Positions 1 through 12,059 of a stretch of 64,000 nt of DNA are shown piece after piece. Position 1 is the first letter of the stretch; each line of letters starts with the position of its first letter. The stretch lies in the NCBI GenBank assembly GCA_951406725.2, contig OX597823.1:72044001-72108000 (forward strand), read 5' to 3'. A model generated the notes under the pieces. That model searched no databases and was not told where the DNA came from. It saw only the letters and a list, made by a program, of their open reading frames with translations. The DNA is from Octopus vulgaris. Its lineage: Eukaryota. Made by a program: the position numbers and the translations under genes.

Positions 1-104
1 TACAAAGGAAGCTTTTTCGGTGTAACGACTATTAAAAAACTGCCTGATATTCTCGGTTAAAGGAGAGTGTTGCGGTGATGTTAACGATGGAATTATCGTT
101 TCTC

Positions 105-286
105 ACAGAGGCATAAGGGCAGGTATTTTGGGGTGTGAGTTAGGGGATTAAATCGACTCCCATACTTGACCGGTACTCTATTTTATTTACGCCAGAGAAT
201 GAAAAGCAAACTTGATCTCAATGGCATTTGAACATATAGAGCCGGAATATATACCGCAGGATAGTTTGGCTGATGCGCTAACGATT
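105..286 (-). mobile_element. Degenerate SINE, family B (tRNA-like head + GGTCGACTTTGCCTTTCATCC core)
   Basis: Reverse-complement similarity to the clean copy at 5340-5570 (aatcgactcc...ggtact..tattttatt...gaatgaaaagcaaacttgatctc...atttgaac). Confidence 0.75.
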
Positions 287-2276
287 GTATAAATCAATGA
301 TGAAGAGGAAAACAAAGTAAGAGAGAAAAAGAAAGAAAAAATGAGAAGCAAAACAACAACAAGAACAATGTCGACGACGTTGATAAGAGGAATAAGAAGA
401 CGAGGAGGGAGAGGTAGAGGTAGAATTAGACGAAGAAAAAGAAAAGAAAAAGAAGAATCAAGAGAATAATAGTTAAAGGAAATGATAAAGAAGTAAAATG
501 AAACAGCTTTTTTAATTGTTGCGATTTTCATCTCATGTAAAATTCACTCTCAATAAATGTTAAAATAAAAAATTATTGAAAGACGAAAATATGTGACAAA
601 ATACATACAACAATACAGAAAAAAATATACAATGCAAAAATGCAGAAATTTTCAATGCTTACAGACTCGACGACTCTCCACATAGAAGCAATATCTTTAG
701 CTTGCATTATATTTTACAGATATAGAAACTAACGCCCTGCTTGATTTTTATCAATAGTGTTTTGTAGTTTTCGTATTAAAGATCTTTACTACCAAAGTAA
801 ACGGCAGCTGCCTTTATATTTTGTTTTTCTGTTCTTAGATTTCATACTTTTCTTCTTAACAGCTAAAGCACGAGTTGTTTCTTCCACATTGAAATGAAAT
901 TAGCTACCATTCTGAAGTATGTGTTGTTAATGTTGCAGTTGTTGTTTCGGTGTTGTCTTGTATTTTTTGTTGTTACTGTTTTTGTTTTTGTTGCTGTTGT
1001 TGTTGTAGTTGTTGTAATCTTCTTCATTGACTTGTTGTTTTTGATGGAATATTGTTTTCTGTATTTCTGTTGTTACTATTGTTGTCGCCATCAGATTTAT
1101 GAAATCATTGAGTTATATGAAATATTAAGGCATCACAGCAATAAGATGTAGTGTATTCTTCTAGTAGTGAGTATTGTGTAAATAGATTTTTATGTAGTTT
1201 AATGCAATGTATAGAGTTTACAACAGGCCAGTTCGGTAAATAGTCAATGGCGCTGTTATACGTCTGTGTCTAAAACACCTAACTTGCACTCACTCAGTCT
1301 AGCTACATGTAAATTGGTGCCATGATGAGTACGGTCGACTACTGTAAGGGAGAAACAATATATAATTGAGAGGAGTATCTTTAGCATGTTTTACTTCCAA
1401 TGATTCTAAGTACTCCAGTCTGCCTTAATTTAAAATTTGAGTTTTGACTTTCATTAAATACATTCTTTTAACGTTCTGCTTGAACTTAGTTCATAACTTT
1501 GCTTAGCTCGCTTAGTGCTGAATTTCTACTTCAGATGTTTCATTTTTTCTTTTTGATCAGGCTGATTGTTTTATTTGTGAGTTGTATTTCTTATTTCTAG
1601 TCTTGTAATATCGCTAGATGTCATATTTCTGGATTTGAGGTCATGTATATACTCCAGTATTTATGTTACTAATTGTTGTATTGAATTCAGTGATATGCAA
1701 TTCTGTAAATTGATGGAAGTGTTCTCACAAGACTCAGAAAGTTTTGTGAAACAGTTTTCGTTTATAGGGGTGTGTAGTTATTAATGCATGAGACTTGGGG
1801 ATTTGTCAGAGTTTGATTAGCTTGGTGTATAAAGCAGAAGACGATGTTTGGAGAAACGTTATTGTAGTCATCTTAGTGAACTTATAAGATTATGAGGTGC
1901 ATAGAATGTAAATCGAATCACAATATAATACCGTTGCACCCTTTGGTATATTTCTGTTGTATCAGAACGTGTGTGCATTATGTGTGTTATTTGGTGGTGG
2001 TGTAGATAATTGTTGCAGTTGGGATATGTATCCAAATGAAAACAATTGAAGAAGTTTTCGGAGTATGCATGATGTTATGTCAATGAATTTTGTTACTCTG
2101 TTTTATTATGGATGCTTGCGTTTCTAGAGTGTTAAGGTGTTTTTTTTACGCTTGGGTGTTTATCTTATTTTTATCCTGAGCAAATGACATTGTGAAGCTT
2201 TTACCGGAAAAATCATCAAGGTTAGGGGTAGTCTGGAATCTGAGATTTGAATTAGTTGTCATATTGTCTCCAAAGT

Positions 2277-2488
2277 ATTCCTTTCTACTATAGGCGCAGG
2301 GCCTGCAATTTTGTGGGAGAGGAGCTAGTCGATTGCGCCGACCCAGTGCGTGACTGGTAAATATTTCATAGACCCCAAAATGATGAATGGCAAAGTCGAC
2401 CTCGGCAGAATTTGAACTCAGTAGTAAAGACGAACGAAATGCTACTGAGCATTTTGCATGGCGTAGTAACGGTTTTGCTACTTCATTG
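2277..2488 (-). mobile_element. SINE family B copy
   Basis: Contains gaatggcaaagtcgacctcggcagaatttgaactcag, the reverse complement of the family core and B-box. Confidence 0.85.
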
Positions 2489-2640
2489 CAATATTAGCCG
2501 TAGCAAAAGACATACTGGGAATTATTAATTCTGTATAATGAGGGCACCAGCAAAATTTCACAAAGAAATTCATGCGGGGAACAATTTAAAATTTCGCACT
2601 AACACAAGTCTAAATCTATATTTAGAGTTTATACACTTAT

Positions 2641-3238
2641 GTTAAATATTGGTTTCTAAGTTTGGTACAAGACTAGCAATTTCGGGTTAAATTGAATAAA
2701 TAGACTCCAGTAATCAACTGGTACTTATTTTATCGACCCCGAAAGCATGAAAGGCAAAGTCGCCTCTAGTGGAATTTGAAATCAGAGCAACGACGTTAAA
2801 TATTGGTTTCAAATTTTGCCTCAAGGCCAGCAATTTTTTTGTGGAGGTGGGGGGAAGCCGATTATATCGTGCCTAGTGCTTAACTGGTATTTGCTTTATC
2901 GACCACAAAAGGAAGAAAAACAAAGACGACCTCGGCGACATTTGAATCCAGAATGTAAAGGCGTACGAAATGCCGCTAAGCATTTCGTTCGGTATACAAA
3001 CAAATATTAAAAACAAGTTAACACTCAAATTTGGCACAAGGCTAACAATTTCGAGGAAGGGGTTAATTCTATTACATCGACCCCAGTACTCAATTGCTAC
3101 TTGTTTTATCGACCCCAAAAGGAGGAAAATCAAAGATGACCTCGGCGGCATTTGAACTCAAGATGTAAAGACGGACGAAATGCCGCTTAGTATTTTGATC
3201 GGCGTGCAGACAAATATTAAAAACAATTTAACACTCAA
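2641..3238 (-). mobile_element. Head-to-tail cluster of three SINE family B copies
   Basis: Three successive units, each with ...actggtacttattttatcgaccc...aaggcaaagtcg-like core...atttgaa, starting near 2641, 2795 and 3029. Confidence 0.85.
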
Positions 3239-3318
3239 TAAATTATAATATATAGTTATAATAGTAAATTAATATTATATTTTAATAATATAAGGTTAAG
3301 GATGTCAAATTTAATATC

Positions 3319-3530
3319 CTTTTCTACTCTAGGCACAAGGCCCGAAATTTTGGGGGAAGGGGCAGTCGATTAGATCGACTCCAGTACGCAACTGGTATTT
3401 AATTTATCGACCCTGGAGAGGATTAAAGGCAAAGTCGAGCTCAGCGGAATTTGAACTCAGAACGTAAAGACAGACGAAATACTGTTAAGTATTTCGCCCG
3501 GCATGCTAACATTTCTACCGGCTCGCTGCC
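3319..3530 (-). mobile_element. Full-length SINE family B with 17-bp target-site duplication
   Basis: Complete head-to-tail match; flanked by atgtcaaatttaatatc (3302-3318) and atgtcagatttaatatc (3531-3547). Confidence 0.92.
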
Positions 3531-4431
3531 ATGTCAGATTTAATATCATGTGATGTTTATTGATATTTTATGTTTTGAATATAAATATCATTTCAACGAA
3601 TTTTGCTACGTCCACCATCCTTTCAAAATCTAGAAATAAGGTATAGTAATGAATGTATATCATTATAATCGATTGTAACCTTCCTGTGTTAGAAAGCACA
3701 CTATAAGCCCTGGTTTTCTGCTCTTTAGCAGATGAGAAATAAATTCCTCTTAATAGGGCGTAAGTATATCGCAAGTATTATTCCCAGGTTATCGTTCCCT
3801 ATGGTGGGAATTGATATAAACTGAAGCAATGTAATGAAGTATTTTCTTAAACTTAGTAAATATAAACTCACAACAGATAAGCCAATGTTATGTTAGACAA
3901 ACCTAATGTTACGTCGCATCTCCTATGGGGATTTCCATCACTTTTCTTTAGATTACATTTCTTAAATACAAGACATGAATTCTGTATTAAAGTTATACCT
4001 TATCAAATTAAATAGCAAAGTATACGAGAGCATTTTCTATAGTTGTTGATCGAATTTATGATGGGACATTTTGAAAATAAAATCATAGTTTGCGTCCACA
4101 CACAAATCGCATTATAACAATTTTAAACGATAGTTAATGGTGGATTCATAAAATAAAGAAAAAAATGTTACGCTATCATAGTTTGATGAGATTAGGTATA
4201 CCTACGTTTCCCTTTGCTGAAGAGATAGAATAAACGTTAAACCTGAATGATGAAAATTCTCACTCGAAGTTGTAAAATGAATTAATCCCTTTTTAAGTGT
4301 GCTGCTATTTCCGTTGCTCGTTTTATGAAGAGAAAAAAAGCAGATTGAAAAAGTAAGAGAAGAAAATAGCAACGAAATGTTACAAAAATATATTAAACCG
4401 TAAAGACATAATGTCTATATATTAAGTTGGA

Positions 4432-4481
<50 letters not shown>

Positions 4482-5339
4482 ATGGCTTACACAGTCATAC
4501 AAAGACTCACAAACACCTGCTGCTAATACCGTTTTATGACGTGAGTTCTCACAGATCCTCACACATCATCTACACACACCTTACCTCTAACAGGCACACA
4601 AATCACATGCAGCAGTAGAGTAACTCCTTCAACATTCAGCTTATTATCATATTAATTATAATTTAAATATGCAGATTTGTACCAAAAATTGGCGTCAAAG
4701 TGCGATTATATACACCGAGCAGTTGAATGTTTTGTCTTGCATTTGGCATCATCGATATCACAGTAACCGAAGCCGGAATGCAATATCATGCCCAATAGTA
4801 AACCGAAGTGAAACATTTAAAGGCAGTTTCATAGATACCCGTTATCTTCTTTTCAGTGGAATGGGCATTTACATGCAAAAGCTCACATAAGATACATTTT
4901 AATTGAACAAAAATTTATCGTATTAGATGAATTATCCTGGCAGACTCTATCTACGAGTGTTGCTAATTTGACAGATTCAGTCGGCAGAACTGAATGGCTG
5001 GCTTCGACCACGGAAAATCACAGCAACCGTCAGCAACTGTTTTAACTAAATTAATAGTAATGTTAATGAATTAAAATTTTTACACCAGAATGAAATTGGC
5101 TATAAGATTACAGTTACTTTAATCGCCGAGAATACATTTAATTTCTTTCTTGGAAAGCTTTCATGTCATACTGTGGAGTATCTTACTTCTGTTGTATATT
5201 GAGAGATTCACTGATCTTTTCTTACCCATTGCACACGTAACATGAAATACTAGCTCTATCGCTGAAGAGTAATAAAAAGAGTTAAAAAGAAAAGAAAAAA
5301 CTCAAAAATATTCGATATTTAAAAGGTATTCATTGCAAA

Positions 5340-5570
5340 GGCGGCGAGCTGGCAGAACCGTTAGCACGCCGGGCAAAAATTCTTAGCGGTATTTCGTTTG
5401 CTGCTACGTTCTGAGTTCAAATTCCGCCGAGGTCGACTTTGCCTTTCATCCTTTCGGGGTCGATTAATTAAGTACCAGTTACGCACTGGGGTCGATATAA
5501 TCGACTTAATCCGTTTGTCTGTCCTTGTTTGTCCTCTCTGTGTTTACCCCCTTGTGGGTAATAAAGAAAT
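5340..5570 (+). mobile_element. Full-length young SINE family B with perfect TSD
   Basis: Head ggcggcgagctggcagaaccgttagc (A-box-like), gagttcaaattcc (B-box), core gaggtcgactttgcctttcatcctttcggggtcg; flanked by aggtattcattgcaaa at 5324-5339 and 5571-5586. Confidence 0.95.
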
Positions 5571-6074
5571 AGGTATTCATTGCAAAGTACTAGGAGTGGT
5601 TAGTGAATAAGTTTGATTTGTAACGTATATATAATATAAAATTAGTTCAGTTTCAATAATGTTTTTTTCTGTAATAGCATCTATTTACAGCTGAATATTT
5701 TATTATTTTCCAGCATCGAATATTTAACAAAGCATTAGGGGACCTAAATACTTACGATTTAGAATAAATTTTATTTCAGGATCCACAGTAAAATGTTTTC
5801 ATAAGTTTGCGAATTGTTGCAATCATATCGGATTAAAGCGTAAAGTGGAATCGTAAATCTCTTATTCAACACCCTTAATTTCTGATATTATTACTATTCT
5901 CTGCTAGTCGGATCTTCTTATACGCAAACATATGTACGTTTTTGTATTAAATGTATTTAATATTTTTTTGAACATCAACTTATCCAACTTGCTTGTCCTT
6001 ATATTTACTCCTCTAACTGCTTAAATCTCTTGAGCACTATGAAATGTATTCTATACGGAGAATACCTGTCTCTA

Positions 6075-6176
<102 letters not shown>

Positions 6177-6213
6177 CAGGGTGAATACTTGATAACTGTA
6201 AGCATATATATAT

Positions 6214-6423
6214 AGTTAATCCAAACATGAAAACACAAAGAGAAAACACAACAACGCCCAAGACGTGGAACAAGTATAGTATTATTGGACGCTCAGGAAA
6301 GGAAAGAAAGAAGGAGGATTTAGCGTTTCGAGCGAAGCTCTTCATCAGAAACATAGGAAAAGAAAAGATCCAAGGAAGAGAAGACGGAGGGAAAAATCGC
6401 CAACGATACACACACGGTCACAT
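6214..6423 (-). mobile_element. ~200-bp interspersed repeat carrying a hammerhead motif (probable Penelope-like pLTR fragment), copy 1
   Basis: Direct-repeat homology to 7009-7211; both start agttaatccaaaca right after a TA run and end cacacggtcacat/cacgcggtcacat. Confidence 0.7.
6319..6351 (-). ncRNA. Minimal type-I hammerhead ribozyme motif
   Basis: Minus strand: ttt CTGATGA a GAGC ttc GCTC GAAA cgc TA aa; canonical core, 4-bp stem II, vestigial stem III. Confidence 0.7.
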
Positions 6424-6955
6424 ATTGAATGACCAGAAGAGAATGGGTGAAGAAAAAGTTCTTTCAAAGACAGGAGACTGCAAGAGAAAGAGGTATGTGT
6501 GTGTATGTGTGGATAGGTGCGTGCGCGCAGGTCTGTGTGTGTGTTTATGTGTGTAATGATAGTACGTGTCTGTGTGTGTGTGTGTGGTTGTGGCTGTTAA
6601 TCTATGTGTGTGGTTGGGCTTAGTATCCTTTAAGGTCATAGGAAGAATGATAGTAGGAGTGGCTCTTGTGTCTCTACCTACCCATGTACGTAGAAGAATA
6701 GTCAGTGGAATGTGCTGGTAGCTTGAAGTATGTTGTGTGCATGTATGTATATGTATTGTATGTGTGTTTTGTTTGCAGTGTGTGTGTGTGTGTACGTGTG
6801 TATATGTGTGTGTGCGTGTATTATGTGCGTATGTATGTCCGTGTGTATATGTGCGTGTATATATATATTAATATATTACGTGATCACGTGACCGACCAGG
6901 CTATTAGATGCTGCTACACATCGCTGGTCACAATACGCTTCGCATTGTTTTAGCC

Positions 6956-7008
<53 letters not shown>

Positions 7009-7013
<5 letters not shown>

Positions 7014-7207
7014 TAATCCAAACAAGAAGGAAGCACAAAAAAACACAACAACGCGAGGACTTGGAACGAATATGGTATTATTGGACGCTCAGGAAAGAAG
7101 GAGAGCTTAACGTTTCGAGCGGAGCCCTTCGTCGGAAACATAGGAGAAGGAAAGATCCAGAGAAGGGAAGACAGAGGAAAAAAAATCGCCAACGGTACAC
7201 ACGCGGT

Positions 7208-7211
<4 letters not shown>
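7009..7211 (-). mobile_element. ~200-bp hammerhead-bearing repeat, copy 2, inside (TA)n
   Basis: Homologous to 6214-6423; motif at ~7105-7138 reads CCGACGA a GGGC tcc GCTC GAAA cgt TA on the minus strand; (TA)n on both sides. Confidence 0.7.
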
Positions 7212-7248
<37 letters not shown>

Positions 7249-7254
7249 CATTTT

Positions 7255-7440
7255 TTTCTTTTTATTTCTTTCAGTCATTTGACTGCAGCCATGCTGGGGC
7301 ACCACCGTGAATAGTCTTAGTCGAATAAATCGATGCCAGGACTTATATTTTTAGGCTTTTTCCATCGGTCACTTTTGCCGAACCGTTAAATTACGTGGAT
7401 GTAAATGTACCCACACTGGTCATCAAGAGGTAGTGGGGAC
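7255..7440 (-). mobile_element. SINE family A, 3' half
   Basis: ttcagtcatttgactgcagccatgctgg...ttttgccgaaccg matches the 3' part of full copies such as 42270-42676. Confidence 0.8.
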
Positions 7441-7895
7441 ACACAAACACACACACACACACACGTACACACACAAACACATATAGAGAACTTATTTTAA
7501 ATTCTTGGTAAATGAGTTAACTAACATTGATTATAAATGTTAAACTCTTGAAATGTAATGACATCGCAAAATTCTGATGCATAAGTTCTCCACAAGTCAT
7601 TGTTACTAGACAAATGAGTGGCTAAATTTACTTGACGCTAGACAACGGGCATTTTGCGCCTAAAATAAAATGTGGGCGTTTTAATTTTGTATATTGGTGC
7701 ACATTCAATTGTCAAAAGTCTTTATTCATTTTACTCATTGGATTGTAGCCATTTTGAAGCATTGTCTCTCTTAATTTATCGATTCTTTGTTGAGCCGCTA
7801 TTTTATGAGACATAAACAACATCGGCTTAAGCATAAACGCGTTTTACACATACACAAACGGGTGTGCAAATGTAAATTTAGCCTATCATTATGAA

Positions 7896-8111
7896 CGAGG
7901 GGGTGCTGAAAAGTTTCTGGCTTCAAGGGAATCGCGAAAGGCCTGACTGGAGACTTAATCTTCGAGTTCTTCTATAGGGCTTACAAAAATGGAAGGAGCG
8001 CTGCAATAAGTGTGTGAATCTGAGACAGGAATATGTTGAATAAAATCATAATTAATTGATCCTCCTTGTATTTCTTTTTACACAAAACCAGGAAATTTTA
8101 GCACTTCCTCG
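7896..8111 (+). mobile_element. Non-autonomous mariner derivative (MITE)
   Basis: Imperfect TIRs cgagggggtgctgaaaagtttctgg / ccaggaaattttagcacttcctcg followed by TA; internal remnant translates KERCNKCVNLRQEYVE*, like a mariner transposase C-terminus. Confidence 0.82.
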
Positions 8112-8249
8112 TATTTAAGAGAGACTATGGATTTAAGGATATATTGGAAAAGAAAATAGTTGAAAATAAAATAATAAAATATAACCAAAAACGCTTTTTT
8201 TTTTGTTCCAAGCTTGCATGTATAATTAGGTTTCAGCAAGTAGACAACC

Positions 8250-8280
<31 letters not shown>

Positions 8281-8409
8281 CCTTTCTCTCTCTCTCTCTC
8301 TCTCTCGCTCTCTCTATCTATCTATCTATCTATCTACAGAAAATGTTGAAGGAGGCGAGGTAGAAGATGAGGGGGAGGAACAAGAAAGTGATGATGCTGA
8401 TAATGAAAT

Positions 8410-8542
8410 AGAAAGAAAGAAAGAAAGAAAGAAAGAAGAAGAAGAAGAAGAAGAAGAAAAAAAAAGAAAAGAAGAAGAAGAAGAAGAAGAAGAAGAAGAA
8501 GAAGAAGAAGAAGAAGAAGAAGAAGAAGAAGAAGAAGAAGAA
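8410..8542. repeat. (GAAA)n/(GAA)n microsatellite
   Basis: Directly visible; source of the poly-E and poly-S ORFs. Confidence 0.97.
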
Positions 8543-8900
8543 ACGAAAGTCAATAAATGTTTTTAAAATAATTTAGTTCCCCAGTCTTTTGTGGATTTTC
8601 TCTTGAGAAAGACTTATGACGAAGTTGCTCAGAGAGGAGTAAAGGAACCGCTTAATTTTATTAGCATCATTTTGGTTACATAATAGAATGCCATAAATTG
8701 ACGAAAGAACCACATTTCGAATAATCTAGAAATTCGAAAAAAGGCAAAGAGCGAACATATATGTTTTGAGTATTTCAAAAACCATGCGACTATTTTTGAA
8801 ACAGAATAAATTAGTATGCTTCGGAGTTTTGGAGAGTTACATTGTGTCATTACTACTTTCTTGTATCCAATAAGATTCTTGGAAAAAATGTTAATCTATA

Positions 8901-9325
8901 GGTACAGGTGTGGCTGTGTGGTAAGAAGCTTGCTTCCGAACCACATGGTTCCGGGTACAGCCCCACTACGTGTTAGCTTGGACAAGTGTTTTCTACTCTG
9001 GTTTCGGGCCGACTAAAGTCTTGTGAGTGGATTTGATAGAGGTAAACTGAAAGAAACCCGTCGTATATATATATATGTATGTATGTCTGTGTGTGTGTGT
9101 ATGTGTGTGTGTGTGTGTGTTTGTCTATGTATTGCTCACCACCGCTCAACAACCGTTGTTTCTTTGTTTACATTCTCGTAAATCCGCTGCTCGTCAAAAA
9201 GCGATGAAAGTATAAGTACCAGGTTTAAAAAAGTACCGGGTTTCGAATCATTGGGCAAAATGTTCTTGAAGGTGGTGCTCCAGCATGGCCACGAGCTAAG
9301 GAGTGAAGCAGATAACAAATAAACG
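8901..9325 (+). mobile_element. SINE family A (tRNA-derived head, CORE-like CCTTGGGCAAGT box, internal microsatellite)
   Basis: tggctgtgtggtaag (A-box), ggttccgggtacagccc (B-box-like), ttgtgagtggatttgatagaggtaaactgaaagaa, 3' ggtgctccagcatggcc. Confidence 0.88.
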
Positions 9326-9963
9326 AAAACGATACCCACCAAACCTGCACCTGTACACCCCCCTCCATTACTGAGCAGAGATCTCGTAAACGTTCTCCAG
9401 CATCGTCAATCTAGCGTCACAAAACGGTTACCACACGCAATCTCTCTAGGTCAAGGAAACCACACGTTCTCTACCTGTGAACAAAACGATAAAACACTCT
9501 CACCTTTACAATGATGAATCTTTTAATCCTTAAGGATCATTTACGACCCTATGTATATAACAATACCGGATCTGCAATCGGACTGTTTAAGTCTTGAAAA
9601 TACAAGATCACCAAATTATCATTAAGCCTTTAAGCATATTCGATTGAAGTTTATTCTATCAAGAATTAACTTGTTCAAATCATGCTTTCGGTATCTCAAA
9701 GCATTGAACAGTATTTTTCCTAATGACGTACTATTAAGTCAGTACAAGTAGGAAAGAGAGTGAGGAGGAGAGAGTGAGTAAGGACGAAATATAAAGTGAA
9801 AGAGAATTAGGTGCATTAAATCAAGCAGAAATGGATGAGCGTTTTAGTTCTTCACAGATCAAAACTGAAAAGTTAGGCACAATGATGGCTGTTCATAATG
9901 TTATCATCATGCTGACAAAAAAGTCATGTGGTAATTATAACACAGGCATATGTACATTTATCT

Positions 9964-10018
<55 letters not shown>

Positions 10019-10036
10019 ATCTGTGTGTGCGTGTAA

Positions 10037-10426
10037 CTTTTAATCTTTTACTTGTTTCAGTCATTTGACTGCGGCCATGCTGGAGCACCGCCTTTAGTCG
10101 AGAAAATCGACCCCAGGACTTATTCTTTGTAAGCCTAGAACTTATCCTATCGGTCTCTTTTTGCCGAACCGCTAAGTTACAGGGACGAAAACACACCAGC
10201 ATCGTGGGGACAAACACAGACATAAAAACACACTCACACATATATATGCATATACATATGTACGATGGGCTTCTTTTCAGTTTCCGCCTACCAAATCCAC
10301 TCATAAGGCTTTTGTCGCCCGGAGGCTATAGTAGAAGACACTTGCCCAAGGTGCCACGCAGTGGAACTGAACCCGGAACCATGTGGTTGGTAAGCAAGCT
10401 ACCTACCACACAGCCACTCCTGCGCT
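10037..10426 (-). mobile_element. Full-length SINE family A
   Basis: Complete reverse-complement copy from the tail (cttttacttgtttcagtc) to the head (ccacacagccactcctgcgc). Confidence 0.93.
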
Positions 10427-10499
10427 TATATATATACTATTCATGTAGACTTTGCTTTTGAAAAATGCATAGAGCTGATTTGTGTGAGTTATATATTTT

Positions 10500-11950
10500 A
10501 AAATGTGGACGTATTTGAACTAGGCCTCTTCCTGACCCTAACTTGTACCGAGAAATATCTTTCACACAATAACCTGGTATATGCTTGTCCCACCCGTAAC
10601 AATCGCTTCAGCATACAAAAAGAACCAGAGTGAACGCTGGCACGGCTGGACAAAACCAAACCACCCACCTTCAGATGCACACGACATCAGAACTACAGTC
10701 GCACACGTTATCGGTGCCACCCTTAAAACCATTCTTAAAAACAATATTTTAAAGTTTAATAATTAACTATATAAACAGATGAATGGCGATACTATTGCTG
10801 AAGGGATCACCGTTGATGTTGCCAACCCCTTCATGGTATCGTGGGACAGACGTTTTAAGCAGTTCCTAGCGACCAGTTACATCCATTTAACTATGTACTC
10901 ACGATACGTCGACGACATTAACCTTGTCGTGAAAAGAAATACACCTCTGAATACTTTACTACAAGAAGAACAGATGATAACAACTATACAACACATAACT
11001 GACTCTACCCATAGCAGTGTAAAGGTTACTGTAGACTACCCCACGGCCCGGAAATAGACTACCTGTCATATATACTGATCTGTGGATAGAAGATACTATG
11101 ATCAACTGAACTGTTAAACCCTGTTTACTCTACTGGCACTATCATAAACCACATAAACCGTAGAGTCTCAGCGATGTCAGGTACTACCAAAAATCAACAT
11201 CATCGTGGAAGACTTAAAGTAATGAGGAACGTATCCCCACTTTGCCAAACACAACAACGACAACAACACATCCAACTCTACATATCCCGTATGCAACGTT
11301 CTGGTTACATACAGTGTATTAGAATCAGAGTGTACAAAGGAGAGAAAACAAGATTTGAACGCAGTCTAAGAGATGATGAAAATGGTATATGCCCACTATA
11401 CAGCAACAATTTCTGGAATAGGCTGGAGAGAAACACCAAGAAAAGAAATAAAAATAATACTTGGTATGAACGAATTAAGAAAGATATTTAAGGAAATCCT
11501 ACACACAGCTGGTTTTAAGATCAAAGTAGTAGGAAATACAGGTAGGACTATCAAATCTATGTTAAGTAAGTCATACCCATTTGACAGAATCCCGTGTCAA
11601 AATTATTTGGTAGTATGTTCTACAAACCCACATGTAAACTGTAAAATGTAGAACAATGTATACCAGATTAAGTACCAGGAAGGGACTTTCGCGGTTCTCC
11701 CAGAGTCCTACATTGGTGAGACATCTAAGAGCGTCAATGATAGGTCCAAAGAACACCTGGATAACTACACTGAGAAAAATACCGAACTCCATCTTCTGTC
11801 AGCATGCTGTAGACTTCCATAATGGCTCCTTGGGGAGATTTAGTTTAGATCTCCTGTCTACACATACCACTGATGCAATGCAGAGACAAGTCACCGAAGC
11901 TGCCTGTACAGGAGTACAAACCCACCCTCAACCGCAAATCCTAATGGGAT
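10500..11950 (+). pseudogene. Decayed Penelope-like retroelement ORF: reverse transcriptase + Cys-rich linker + GIY-YIG endonuclease
   Basis: Fragments across frames: ILKNNILKFNN*LYKQMNG, MYSRYVDDI (YxDD), GFKIKVVGNTGRTIKSMLSKSYPF..PC...VC...NC, NNVYQIK and SYIGETSKSVNDRSKEH; multiple stops and frameshifts. Confidence 0.88.
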
Positions 11951-12011
11951 GACACACTCTCTTTTTCATATTTTATCTAGAATAACTATTGCTTGTCCAT
12001 TTTCTCACACC

Positions 12012-12059
12012 GTCACCGATGAAGGGATATATAAAATATCCCGGAAACAGATGTAAGAC
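12012..12059 (+). ncRNA. Minimal type-I hammerhead ribozyme motif (U4C variant)
   Basis: gtca CCGATGA a GGGATAT ataaa ATATCCC g GAAA cagatg TA agac. Confidence 0.65.

Noticed and set aside
1190-2270. Strand-biased region that may be an old LINE endonuclease relic on the minus strand
   Set aside because: No diagnostic motif could be read with confidence.
2641-3530. Regularly spaced repeats superficially like a CRISPR array
   Set aside because: Units are 150-210-bp diverged SINE copies in eukaryotic DNA; no short identical repeats with unique spacers and no cas genes.
8144-8566. 140-aa ORF with poly-Glu
   Set aside because: Built from (CT)n, (TATC)n and (GAA)n tracts.
10204-10461. Recurrent peptide FSFRLPNPL...HLPKVPRSGTEPGTMWLVSKL in many ORFs
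   Set aside because: Antisense translation of the SINE family A head, not a gene family.
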